A DNA stretch of 64,000 nucleotides from Dehalococcoidia bacterium (lineage in GTDB: Bacteria; Chloroflexota; Dehalococcoidia; Lucifugimonadales; UBA3495). Below, piece by piece: positions 37,042 to 45,913 of the stretch. A program made the translations under genes and the position numbers. The stretch spans positions 1,410,204 to 1,474,203 of the forward strand of contig OY761541.1 in assembly GCA_963664625.1 (NCBI GenBank), read 5' to 3'. The first letter of the stretch is position 1. Each line of letters opens with the position of its first letter. The notes beneath the pieces are model-generated. The model was not told where the DNA came from. It saw nothing but the letters and a program-made list of their open reading frames with translations, and made no database searches.

Positions 37042-38190
37042 TTGACGCAAAGCACAGAAAACCCAAGGATCACAGCCGCCGAGCAAGCGTATGCCAACCT
37101 TGGCGTAAGGTCCATCATCAACGCTTCCGGCTCGGTAACCAGGTACGGCGGCACCCGCACCCGTCCCGAGGTGCTGGAGTTGATGACCGGCGCCGCTCGG
37201 GTGATGGTCAATATCGACGAGTTGAACCGGAAGGCGGGCGAGGAAATAGCGCGCTTGACCGGCGCCGAGGCCGGGCTTGTTTGCAGCGGGGCCGCCGGCG
37301 GCCTTCTCCTCCAAGCCATCGCCTGCATCGCCGGGACAGACCCGGTGAAGATGCGCCAACTCCCCGACACCACGGGCATGAAAAACGAAATAGTTATCCA
37401 CACCATGCACCGGTTCCCCTACGACCAAGCCTACCGTGCCGCCGGCGCTCAGATGGTCGAGTTTGGCGATTACCTCTACGCCCACCCGTGGCAGTTGGAA
37501 GGCGCCATCAACGAGCGCACCGCCGCCGTGGCCTACCTGTGCTCCCCCTTCAGCAGCCGCCGGGTCATGTCCCTAGAACAGGTGTGCGAGATCGCCCATG
37601 CCCACGACGTGCCGGTGATCGTAGACGCCGCGTCAATGCTGCCCCCTCGGGCCAACCTACAGCGATATTTGCGCGACGGCGCCGACATGGTGGTGTTCAG
37701 CGGCGGCAAGGGTGTGCGCGGCCCCCAGGGCACCGGCATCCTGTGCGGGCGCGGGGACTTGATTGAAGCGGCGGCGGCCAACGGCAGCCCGGCCCAGTTC
37801 CTTGGGCGTCCGGGCAAGGTTGCCAAGGAGGAAATCCTGGGGTTGGTCACCGCCCTCGGCATGTTCGTGGAAGAGGACGAAGAGGCCGAGATGGCCGGGT
37901 ACCGCGCATTGGCCCAACGGGTTGTGGATGCCCTTGTGGAAGTCCCCGGGTTGGAAGTGAGCCTGAAACACGACGGGGTTGAGTACCTGATCCCTGCCGC
38001 CATAATTCGTTTCACCCCGGACTGGCAGGGCTTGCCTCCCGACCAAGTGGGCGCAGCAATGGAGGAAGGAGACCGGCCCATCTATCTGCACCGCCTGGGC
38101 CCTCCCGACCAGCTAGGCGTAGACCCCCTCAATCTAACCGAAGAGGAAACCGAGACGGTTATACGCAGGTTGCGGGAGGTATTGATTTAA
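37042..38190 (+). CDS. SelA-like PLP-dependent enzyme
   Basis: FSGGKGVRGPQGTGIL resembles the SelA/DgaE lysine-containing motif (SGDKLLGGPQAG). TTG start. Confidence 0.65.
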   Translation: MTQSTENPRITAAEQAYANLGVRSIINASGSVTRYGGTRTRPEVLELMTGAARVMVNIDELNRKAGEEIARLTGAEAGLVCSGAAGGLLLQAIACIAGTDPVKMRQLPDTTGMKNEIVIHTMHRFPYDQAYRAAGAQMVEFGDYLYAHPWQLEGAINERTAAVAYLCSPFSSRRVMSLEQVCEIAHAHDVPVIVDAASMLPPRANLQRYLRDGADMVVFSGGKGVRGPQGTGILCGRGDLIEAAAANGSPAQFLGRPGKVAKEEILGLVTALGMFVEEDEEAEMAGYRALAQRVVDALVEVPGLEVSLKHDGVEYLIPAAIIRFTPDWQGLPPDQVGAAMEEGDRPIYLHRLGPPDQLGVDPLNLTEEETETVIRRLREVLI

Positions 38191-38253
38191 TAGAGTGTGA
38201 GGTTTCTCAGGCGCCGGAGCGTTAAAGACCAAGGAGCTTATAGAATTCGCTAA

Positions 38254-38499
38254 TCAGGCGCCATTTCCGGTTCTGCCGTGGCTGGTGACTACCGGACAGG
38301 ACAAAGGGAAACCGGATACGTCCAACCGGGAAAGGTCTGACAGCCTTGCGCCGTCCTCCAACTCTATCCCGACCACCACGTCATTCTCATCGTAGTCGAA
38401 TACAATCCCTGGCGCGACCTCGTGAGAATTCGCCGCGGCACGGTCGAAAAGATTGATGTACAGCATATCGCTGTCCACGAAGTAACGAATCTTCATCAT
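38254..38499 (-). CDS. DUF2283 family protein (putative antitoxin)
   Basis: MKIRYFVDSDMLYINLFD...VVGIELEDG is the DUF2283 pattern. Confidence 0.7.
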   Translation of the reverse strand: MMKIRYFVDSDMLYINLFDRAAANSHEVAPGIVFDYDENDVVVGIELEDGARLSDLSRLDVSGFPLSCPVVTSHGRTGNGA

Positions 38500-38745
38500 T
38501 CACCTGCTTTGGCGGCGCGGTCTAAAATCTCGATCGGGGAACGCGTTATGCACCGTTTCTCTGTCTGACAGCGTTACTACCCGGAAGTACATCCCAAACT
38601 CAGACACAAACCCCCAGAAGCGAACCCGACCGTTTCGCTGCACTTCAGTTTGGGCTGGTCTAGCCAAAATGCGTTCAATCCATTCAAGCTTTAGATAAGC
38701 GCGGGTAGGAAGGACCACATTATCGAAATACCAAGTGGTCTTCAT
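38500..38745 (-). CDS. DUF4258 family protein (putative toxin)
   Basis: Lies immediately upstream of the DUF2283 gene. Start set at ATG 38745 (MKTTWYF) to avoid overlap with the permease gene. Confidence 0.55.
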   Translation of the reverse strand: MKTTWYFDNVVLPTRAYLKLEWIERILARPAQTEVQRNGRVRFWGFVSEFGMYFRVVTLSDRETVHNAFPDRDFRPRRQSR

Positions 38746-38794
38746 TGGGTCGGATTGTACCACTTTGTGCCAAGAGTTGGACTTCCAAGCCCCG

Positions 38795-39649
38795 TCAAGA
38801 CCCCTTGGCCCCTCCAATGTCCTTTTTCAGGAACAGCCAGACCATGGCCGCGCCCAGGACGGCCATATAGACCAGCGCCACAAAGAACCCGTGGATGTTG
38901 CTGGGGAGGTCAGGCGCGACGCCGAACCCGGAGAGCATTACTTCCGCTTCGCTGGGACCGCCCTCGGCCAGCCAAGCGTCAACTGCCCTGCCCAGCACGA
39001 AGTCCGCTACCGTCTCGAACCCGTCCACTGTGGCAGTGAGAATCGGGAGCAGAACGCCCTCTCCAATGAATATGTAAGCCAGTGCCAAGGCTGTGGCCAC
39101 CCCGGTGGACGAGGTCAATATCACAAGGAACATCGCCAAGACGATGTAGGGGGCCATGGCGTAAGTCCATTTGCCAAGCATCTTTCCCAATAGGGCCCAT
39201 TCCCCGGCAAAGCTGACCAGTCCTCCGGATCCCACTATGAGCCCCGCGATCACGCTGCTGACGGCGAAGGCGACCCCCACCACCGCCATCCAAGCGAACG
39301 CTGTCGCCAGCATCAGGCAGAACTGCGCGCAGAGGAACTGCCACCGCCCGGACCCCTTGGCCAGTATGGCGCGGAAAGTGCCCCACCCGTACTCGGAACC
39401 GAGCGCCGACGCCGCCCAGATGATGATCAATATGCCGACGATCTGGTAGCCGAAGCCCAAGCCCTCCGTGATAACGTCCGGAAGTCGCAGCGTCCCTCCG
39501 GTCTGGCCAATTGCGCTTTGAAAAGCGAAGCCCGCCCAGAAGACAACCTGAGAAAAGGCGATTGCTATACCCAGCATGATCCACGGCATCCAGCGGCGCC
39601 GCAGCTTATACCACTCCCAAGTCATCAGGGATAAAATCTGGGCGATCAA
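38795..39649 (-). CDS. ABC-2 type transporter permease
   Basis: 284 aa with about six hydrophobic helices. Its ATG overlaps the stop of the upstream ABC ATPase (ATGA). Confidence 0.7.
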   Translation of the reverse strand: MIAQILSLMTWEWYKLRRRWMPWIMLGIAIAFSQVVFWAGFAFQSAIGQTGGTLRLPDVITEGLGFGYQIVGILIIIWAASALGSEYGWGTFRAILAKGSGRWQFLCAQFCLMLATAFAWMAVVGVAFAVSSVIAGLIVGSGGLVSFAGEWALLGKMLGKWTYAMAPYIVLAMFLVILTSSTGVATALALAYIFIGEGVLLPILTATVDGFETVADFVLGRAVDAWLAEGGPSEAEVMLSGFGVAPDLPSNIHGFFVALVYMAVLGAAMVWLFLKKDIGGAKGS

Positions 39650-40560
39650 TTGGTCACTCCAGCATCTTCAGCCGTAACGTCCAGGAAGTACTCCTCCAAG
39701 GAGATTTGCAGCGGCCACATCTCCGTCACGTAGACTTGTGACCTGCTCAACGCGGCAGTCAATTCCCATGACCTCTCGATCGGAGCCGTGACGACAAGGT
39801 GGCCGTCCTCGACCACTGCCCCTTGGACCCAGTCCAGCGACGTCAGAATCTGGTGCGCTTGCTCGTTGCTGGTAGTGCATAATTGGACCTGCTCCTGAGG
39901 ATGAACGAGTTCCTCCACCTTTCCCTGAGCGATGAGCCTCCCCCTAGCGAGAATCGCTACACTGTCGCACACCAACTCGACCTCGCGCAACAGGTGGCTG
40001 GACAGGAGGATCGTTCTCCCCTCCGAACCCAGTTGCTTGATAAGGTCTCGAATCTCGGCCATCCCCGCCGGGTCCATGCCATTAGTAGGTTCATCCAGGA
40101 ACAGCAACTCGGGGTCTCCCAGAAGGGCGTAAGCGATGCCCAGCCGCTGTTTCATCCCCAGGGAGTAGGTCTGGTAACGGTCGTTAGCCCGCTGGAGAAG
40201 GCCCACCTTGTCGAGCAACTCGTCCAACTCTTGCCGGTCACCTTTCCCGGAAACGCCCTGAAAGTACTCCAGGTTCCGTCTACCGGAGAGGTACGGGTAG
40301 AACGACGGAGTCTCGATAATGGCGCCGATGCGACGCAAAGCCTCCCTATCGGCTTGACCATTCCCGAACAGGCGGAAGCTACCCGCCGTGGGCCTGACCA
40401 GTCCCAGCAACATGCTCATGGCCGTCGTCTTGCCCGACCCGTTGGGGCCCAGCAGACCGAACACGTGGCCCCGGGGTACGCGCAGCGATAACCGGTCCAC
40501 GGCAGTCACCCGCCCGTAACGCTTGCTTAACTCATTGGTCTCGATAACCAAGTCTTCCAC
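39646..40560 (-). CDS. ABC transporter ATP-binding protein
   Basis: GPNGSGKTT (Walker A), YSLGMKQRLGIA (signature) and LLFLDEPTNGMDP (Walker B). Confidence 0.85.
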   Translation of the reverse strand: MEDLVIETNELSKRYGRVTAVDRLSLRVPRGHVFGLLGPNGSGKTTAMSMLLGLVRPTAGSFRLFGNGQADREALRRIGAIIETPSFYPYLSGRRNLEYFQGVSGKGDRQELDELLDKVGLLQRANDRYQTYSLGMKQRLGIAYALLGDPELLFLDEPTNGMDPAGMAEIRDLIKQLGSEGRTILLSSHLLREVELVCDSVAILARGRLIAQGKVEELVHPQEQVQLCTTSNEQAHQILTSLDWVQGAVVEDGHLVVTAPIERSWELTAALSRSQVYVTEMWPLQISLEEYFLDVTAEDAGVTN

Positions 40561-40695
40561 GCTGACCGCTCCTCACAACCATCGTAGAGCAACCGGAGAC
40601 GGCCTGTCCTGAAAATGGACGACGGTTGTAACAGAAAGTACGATGCCCGGGAAGTTTGCGGACGTATATCACTCAGCCACACTTTCCGGGCAACC

Positions 40696-40722
40696 GTCAT
40701 TCCCGCCTGCGCGGGAATCCCC
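40696..40722 (+). repeat. REP-A copy (first of a pair)
   Basis: gtcattcccgcctgcgcgggaatcccc. Confidence 0.8.
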
Positions 40723-40756
40723 CGATCTACTCCAGGCTCGCCGAGTACTCCTTCGA

Positions 40757-40783
40757 GTCATTCCCGCGCAGGCGGGAATCCAC
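40757..40783 (+). repeat. REP-A copy (second of a pair)
   Basis: gtcattcccgcgcaggcgggaatccac. Confidence 0.9.
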
Positions 40784-40875
40784 CGTCCGCTCCTGAGGAG
40801 GTGGCGGCGGACGGCGCAATAATATTATGATGTCCTCACCAATTTAGCTTGGCAATGGCTTGCAAGGGATAGATC

Positions 40876-41460
40876 ATGACTGACCTCAAACTGGACGCCA
40901 AGTCGACCGCTTTGTTGATCGCGGATTTCTACACCGAGATGATGAACATCCTGCCCCACGCCACCGAACGCGCGGTCGTGGAAAAGACCGCCGCTCTGCA
41001 ACGGGCGTCGCGCGAGGCCGGGGTGTTGCTGTGCTATTGCGCCACCGTCTTTCGACCGGGCTACGTGGAAATAGGCGAACGCAACAAGACCTTCAACCAG
41101 CGCAAGGCGTCGGGCCAGCCGGCGGTGTTCGACCCGGTGGCCCTTATCCACCCGTCGGTGAGTCCCACCGAAGGCGAGGTGGTGGTTGGGAAACATCGGG
41201 TCAACGCCCTGTACGGGACAGGGTTGGACGTGGTGCTCCGGGCTAACGACATCGAGGACCTGGTAATTCTTGGGTACGCCACCAGCGGCGTGGTGCTGTC
41301 AACGGTGCGGTATGCGTCGGACTTGGACTACAACCTGTACGTGGTCGAAGACTGCTGCTCCGACTCCGACCCTGAGGTCCACGAATTCCTGACGGAGCGC
41401 ATCTTCCCCCGCCAAGCGGAAGTGGTGCAATCGGAAGACGTCATCTGGTCTTTGAGCTAA
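40876..41460 (+). CDS. isochorismatase-family cysteine hydrolase
   Basis: LVILGYATSGVVLSTVRYASDLDYNLYVVEDCCSD carries the catalytic Cys region. Confidence 0.75.
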   Translation: MTDLKLDAKSTALLIADFYTEMMNILPHATERAVVEKTAALQRASREAGVLLCYCATVFRPGYVEIGERNKTFNQRKASGQPAVFDPVALIHPSVSPTEGEVVVGKHRVNALYGTGLDVVLRANDIEDLVILGYATSGVVLSTVRYASDLDYNLYVVEDCCSDSDPEVHEFLTERIFPRQAEVVQSEDVIWSLS

Positions 41461-41661
41461 CGATGGCCGACGGACCTTCAATCCAGGGGCCGGGCAGCGA
41501 CACACCACCTCCATGCCAAGCCGAGGGAAATCGCAAGAGACCGTTCCCGCGGGTCCGGACGCGGACCATCGCCCTGTGGGCATTGGCTATCGCCATTGGA
41601 CACGTCATATATCACGCCCTGAGGGACCACGTGTTCCCTGACGCTTATTAACGGAGGCTGG

Positions 41662-42144
41662 ATGGACCTGCCGGCGCATCGTTTCCTGGACGAAAGTGAC
41701 ATTCCATATCAGCGGCTGTCCTTCCCATCCGACACCGAGAAGGGGGCCGCCAACGTGGCCTATGCCCTGGGCTATAGCGAAGCCCAGATGGTGAAAACGC
41801 TCATCTTCGTGACTGGAGCGGGGGAACACGCCCTGGTAATGCTGGGCGGCGACAAGTCGGCCATTTCCGGACGGTTGAAAAAAGCACTGGGGTCCCGGAA
41901 CATCAAGCTGGCTGCCCCGGCCATCGTCAAGGAGGTCACCGGCTACGAGATCGGTTCCATCCCGCCCTTCCACTGGCAGCCGCCCGGATTCCGCTCCATA
42001 CTTGACGCTTGTTTGATGGACGAAGAGGTCCTGGGGGTGGGCGCCGGCGTTTGGGGAGAAGAAATAATGATCACTCCGGAAGACCTGGTGGCGGCCGTCG
42101 GCGCGGAGGTGGTCGACCTTTCGGGCAAGGGCTTCCCGTCGTAA
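41662..42144 (+). CDS. YbaK/EbsC-type aminoacyl-tRNA deacylase
   Basis: MVKTLIF...VTGYEIGSIPPFHW is the YbaK editing-domain pattern. Confidence 0.7.
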   Translation: MDLPAHRFLDESDIPYQRLSFPSDTEKGAANVAYALGYSEAQMVKTLIFVTGAGEHALVMLGGDKSAISGRLKKALGSRNIKLAAPAIVKEVTGYEIGSIPPFHWQPPGFRSILDACLMDEEVLGVGAGVWGEEIMITPEDLVAAVGAEVVDLSGKGFPS

Positions 42145-42198
42145 CCCAATTGGACAGTCAATTCTTCAATATCCGGGAGTAGTCACCGAGGTTGCAAG

Positions 42199-42435
42199 AT
42201 GAGAACAGTCATATCAATTCCGGATTCAGTAGTTGAAGCGGCCGATTCCCTAGCAAAGAATCAGGGAATTTCAAGAAGCGAATTCTTCAGACGAGCGATC
42301 GAAACTTACATAGCTTCTTGCCAGCCGTCAAACGTCCAAGCGACCCTTGACGCCATTTATAGTCAAGAAGAGTCCAAGGTAGATGATTTACTCGCTGGGC
42401 TGCAATGGGCATCGTTGCCCAAGGAAGATTGGTAA
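42199..42435 (+). CDS. ribbon-helix-helix (CopG/MazE-like) antitoxin
   Basis: ISIPDSVVEAADSLAKNQGISRSEFFRRAIETYI is an RHH motif. Its stop overlaps the mazF ATG (TAATG). Confidence 0.75.
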   Translation: MRTVISIPDSVVEAADSLAKNQGISRSEFFRRAIETYIASCQPSNVQATLDAIYSQEESKVDDLLAGLQWASLPKEDW

Positions 42436-42773
42436 TGCATCGTGGTGAGGTATGGTGGGCGGCACTTCCGGAACCACTAGGTTCCGGTCCGGGTTTTAGA
42501 AGGCCGGTCGTCATAGGCCAGATTGATCAATTCAACGCCAGCCGCATCAACACAGTTATTGTTATTGCCGTTACGTCAAATTTGAGGCTCGCTAATGCTC
42601 CAGGCAACGTGTTTCTGGATGGCGCAAGTTGTGGGTTGCCAAAGGATTCTGTGCTTAATGTTTCTCAGGTTTTAACCATCGACAAGTCATCCTTGACTGA
42701 ACGGATCGGAAGATTACCCAACCATACAATCGACGCAATGGATACAGGACTGCGGTTAGTCTTGGGCCTGTAA
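42435..42773 (+). CDS. mazF: MazF/PemK-family endoribonuclease toxin
   Basis: RGEVWWAALPEPLGSGPGFRRPVVIGQ...VIVIAVTSN...DSVLNVSQVLTIDK is the PemK pattern. Confidence 0.8.
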   Translation: MHRGEVWWAALPEPLGSGPGFRRPVVIGQIDQFNASRINTVIVIAVTSNLRLANAPGNVFLDGASCGLPKDSVLNVSQVLTIDKSSLTERIGRLPNHTIDAMDTGLRLVLGL

Positions 42774-42833
42774 TGGTCCCCAAGTGAATGTCTGTGATGA
42801 TAATGATGGACAGGTAACTTAGTCGATGTCTTT

Positions 42834-44171
42834 CTAGTCCTTCTTCCCCCACCACTTCTTCAACCGTTCCCCAATCTCTTTCTCTGCGCCCTCCTGACCG
42901 GGGTGGTAGTAGCGGCGGTCCTTGAGCTGTGGAGGCAGGAACTCCTGGTCGACGAAGTGGCCTTCGTAGTCGTGGGAGTATTTGTAGTCCCTCCCGTAGC
43001 CCATCTGCCGCATCAGCCCGGTGACGGCGTTGCGCAGATGCAGCGGTACCGGCTCGTTGGGCATCCGTCTCACATCCTCCAAAGCCTGTTCCAAGGCCAT
43101 GTAGGCCGTGTTGCTCTTAGGGGCCGAGGCCAAGTACACCGTCGCCTCTGCCAGCGGAATACGGCCCTCGGGCATCCCCAGGAAGTGGACCGCCTGCTGG
43201 GCGGCCATAGCCACCGGCAAAGCTTGCGGCTCGGCAAGGCCGATGTCCTCGGCGGCCAGCACCACCAAACGTCTGGCGATGAAAAGCGGGTCTTCCCCGG
43301 ACTCGATCATCCGCGCCAGCCAGTACAGGGCGCCGTCGGGAGAAGAACCCCTCACCGACTTGATGAAGGCGGAGATGGTGTCGTAGTGGCCCTCCCCAGC
43401 CTTGTCGTACATGGGAGACCGGCGTTGCAGAGCTTCGGCGATGGTCTCCAAGTCTACCCGACGCATTCCGTCCTCACCGGGAGCGGTGGCGAAGGCGGCG
43501 GTCTCCAGGGCGTTGAGCGCGATCCGGGCGTCACCGTTGGAGATGTTCACCAGGTGGGCTATGGCATCCTCCTGGAGCATGGCGCCCATTTCACCCAGTC
43601 CGCGGTCGGTGTCCGCGATGGCCCGTTTCACGATGGTTTCCACTTGGTCGGGCGTCAGGCTTTGCAGGGCAAACACCCGGCTCCGCGACAACAAGGGCGC
43701 GATTACTTCAAAAGAGGGGTTCTCGGTAGTCGCGCCGATGAAGGTGATGGAGCCGTTCTCGACGTGGGGGAGAATAACGTCCTGCTGGGCCTTGTTGAAC
43801 CGGTGAATCTCGTCGACGAACAGGATGGTAGCCTGACCTTGCATTCCCTTCAGGTCCCGGGCCTCGACGACGATACGGCGCAGGTCAGCCACGCCGGACG
43901 TAACGGCACTCAATGACTGAAAAGCGGCTTTGGTGACCGTTGCCACCAGCCTAGCCAGCGTGGTCTTGCCCGTGCCCGGCGGCCCCCAGAGGATGAAGGA
44001 GGGAACACGGCCAGCGGCGATTGCCCTAGTCAGGACTCGACCGGGCCCTACAATCTGGTCCTGGCCCACAAACTCTTCGAAACTGCGGGGCCGCATACGC
44101 TCAGCCAGCGGCGCATCCCGTTCCATTTGGACCCGTTCCTGGCGTTCAAACAGCGATTCTGACGAAGCCAT
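42834..44171 (-). CDS. rarA: replication-associated recombination protein A
   Basis: RMRPRSFEEFVGQDQIVG, GPPGTGKTTLA and the C-terminal MgsA domain YDTISAFIKSVRGSSPDGALYWLARM. Confidence 0.9.
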   Translation of the reverse strand: MASSESLFERQERVQMERDAPLAERMRPRSFEEFVGQDQIVGPGRVLTRAIAAGRVPSFILWGPPGTGKTTLARLVATVTKAAFQSLSAVTSGVADLRRIVVEARDLKGMQGQATILFVDEIHRFNKAQQDVILPHVENGSITFIGATTENPSFEVIAPLLSRSRVFALQSLTPDQVETIVKRAIADTDRGLGEMGAMLQEDAIAHLVNISNGDARIALNALETAAFATAPGEDGMRRVDLETIAEALQRRSPMYDKAGEGHYDTISAFIKSVRGSSPDGALYWLARMIESGEDPLFIARRLVVLAAEDIGLAEPQALPVAMAAQQAVHFLGMPEGRIPLAEATVYLASAPKSNTAYMALEQALEDVRRMPNEPVPLHLRNAVTGLMRQMGYGRDYKYSHDYEGHFVDQEFLPPQLKDRRYYHPGQEGAEKEIGERLKKWWGKKD

Positions 44172-44188
44172 AGAAGCGTCCCCCTCCC

Positions 44189-44214
44189 GTTATTCCCGCC
44201 TTTGCGGGAATCCC
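44189..44214 (+). repeat. REP-A copy
   Basis: gttattcccgcctttgcgggaatccc. Confidence 0.75.
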
Positions 44215-44248
44215 GCCGGGGGCAAGCCCGACCGGCGCATGTTCAAAA

Positions 44249-45262
44249 TCATTCCTGGAATGGGGGCATGACCTCCGCGGCGAACAACCGCATGGAGTTG
44301 CTCACCTCTTCGTTGGTCAACATGCCGCCGGTGTTGAACCAACAGATGAAAGTGTCGGGATCGTACATCTCCTTGAACCGGTGCAGCTTGTCCGCTACTT
44401 GTTCCGGTGTGCCCACGGCAGCGAACTCGTCCAGCACTGTTTCATAGTCCAGGGACGTCGCCCGAGAAGAACCTCGGGAACCTCCCATGTCCCGCAGGGT
44501 GCCGAGGTAGTTGTTGATGGTTTTCTCGAACCCGCGGCGGGCTTCCTGCTCCGAATCGGCAACGTTGACGTGAACGGTCACGTTGACGTTGAGCTTGTCT
44601 TCATCGTGACCGTGGTCTGCAAGGTTCCGCCGGTACGACGCCAAGCCGTCCACCGCGCCTTGGGCGGTAACGATGGTCGGCGCAACCAGGATGTTGTGGC
44701 CCAGTTGGCCTACTATGTCAAAGGTGTCGGCGCTGTTGGCCGCGATGTAAACCGGAGGATGGGGTTGCTGGACAGGCCGGGGGGCGATGTCTATATCGTT
44801 CACTTGATAGTAACGCCCCCGGTGGGAATACTTCTTCTCGGTCCACATGCCCAGGACCATTTCCAAGCTTTCCAGGAACCGGTCCCTGGCCTCTTCGTGG
44901 TCTACACCGTAGCCTTGGAAATGGGCGGGGATCGCGCCGCGTCCGATGCCGAAAATCGACCGGCCATTCGACATTACGTCCAGCGTGGCGGCTTCTTCCG
45001 CCAACCGGATGGGCTGGTGCAACGCCACCAGATGCACGGCAGTGCCGATCTTGATTTGCTCCGTGGTCTGGGCGACGGCAGCCGCCACCATCAAGGGCGC
45101 GGGCATCACCGAAAAACGCGCGTTGAAGTGCAACTCGGCCAGCCACATTGAGTCAAACCCCAATTGGTCAGCCAACTGGCATTGGGATATGGTATCCCGG
45201 TAGCGGGCGGCAGGCTCTTGGTCAACCGCACACGGCATCTGGTAGAACACGCCGAATTTCAT
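44249..45262 (-). CDS. LLM-class (luciferase-like) flavin-dependent oxidoreductase
   Basis: MKFGVFYQMP...LGFDSMWLAELHFN is a typical LLM N-terminus. Confidence 0.8.
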   Translation of the reverse strand: MKFGVFYQMPCAVDQEPAARYRDTISQCQLADQLGFDSMWLAELHFNARFSVMPAPLMVAAAVAQTTEQIKIGTAVHLVALHQPIRLAEEAATLDVMSNGRSIFGIGRGAIPAHFQGYGVDHEEARDRFLESLEMVLGMWTEKKYSHRGRYYQVNDIDIAPRPVQQPHPPVYIAANSADTFDIVGQLGHNILVAPTIVTAQGAVDGLASYRRNLADHGHDEDKLNVNVTVHVNVADSEQEARRGFEKTINNYLGTLRDMGGSRGSSRATSLDYETVLDEFAAVGTPEQVADKLHRFKEMYDPDTFICWFNTGGMLTNEEVSNSMRLFAAEVMPPFQE

Positions 45263-45339
45263 GTGTGGCCTCTTAACAAAACGGTTTCTGCCCTGATTCT
45301 ACACCACTTTGCCAGCCGGCACCGAGTATAAGTGATAAT

Positions 45340-45846
45340 ATGAACCAAACCAATTGGCGGGAAAGCAAGAGGATGGAGTCTTCCATTTCGGGATCGGAAA
45401 AATACGCAGAACTGAGCTGCCAGTACATCGAAAGGGCCGATGAGTATTTGCAGGCGGGGGACCGGGTACAGGCATCGGAGAAGGGCTGGGGCGCAGTGGC
45501 AGAGGCCGTCAAATCCATAGCCGAGAATAGGGGATGGAACCACAATAGCCAACGGCTGCTGAACGACATAGCGTTTCAGCTATCGGAAGAGTGGGGCCGT
45601 CCTGACGTGCGAACACTGTTCAATGCAGCAAAAGACTTGCACATCAACTTTTATGAAGACAATCGGGGACTGGACGACATTGCGGCCAGCGTCGGCGATG
45701 CCAAGACACTGCTAAGGGAACTGGAAATCCTGCGCCAACAACCACCCCAACCGGTAGCTCTCGACAGCAGGGAGCGGCGACTACGCTGGCGGCGGCTAAC
45801 GGGCGAGTTGCTGCCGTTGGGGTCCGAGCCGGACACAGCGGAATGA
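45340..45846 (+). CDS. PaREP1-family (HEPN-like) protein
   Basis: YIERADEYLQAGDRVQASEKGWGAVAEAVKSIAENRGW...AKDLHINFYED closely follows the PaREP1 pattern recalled from archaeal proteins. Confidence 0.6.
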   Translation: MNQTNWRESKRMESSISGSEKYAELSCQYIERADEYLQAGDRVQASEKGWGAVAEAVKSIAENRGWNHNSQRLLNDIAFQLSEEWGRPDVRTLFNAAKDLHINFYEDNRGLDDIAASVGDAKTLLRELEILRQQPPQPVALDSRERRLRWRRLTGELLPLGSEPDTAE

Positions 45847-45856
45847 AGGCAAGAAT

Positions 45857-45890
45857 GCGGGGGCAGTAACGAATATCCGCCCCCGTTTCG
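45857..45890 (+). terminator. candidate intrinsic terminator
   Basis: cggggg (45858-45863) pairs with cccccg (45880-45885), then tttcgttc. Confidence 0.35.
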
Positions 45891-45913
45891 TTCTACGGAG
45901 AGAGGGCTTTCCC

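Noticed and set aside
41463-41651. A 62-aa ORF between the isochorismatase-like and ybaK-like genes.
   Set aside because: It has no RBS and no motif, its composition is Pro/Arg/Gly-rich, and only a weak hydrophobic stretch is present. This is insufficient to call a gene.
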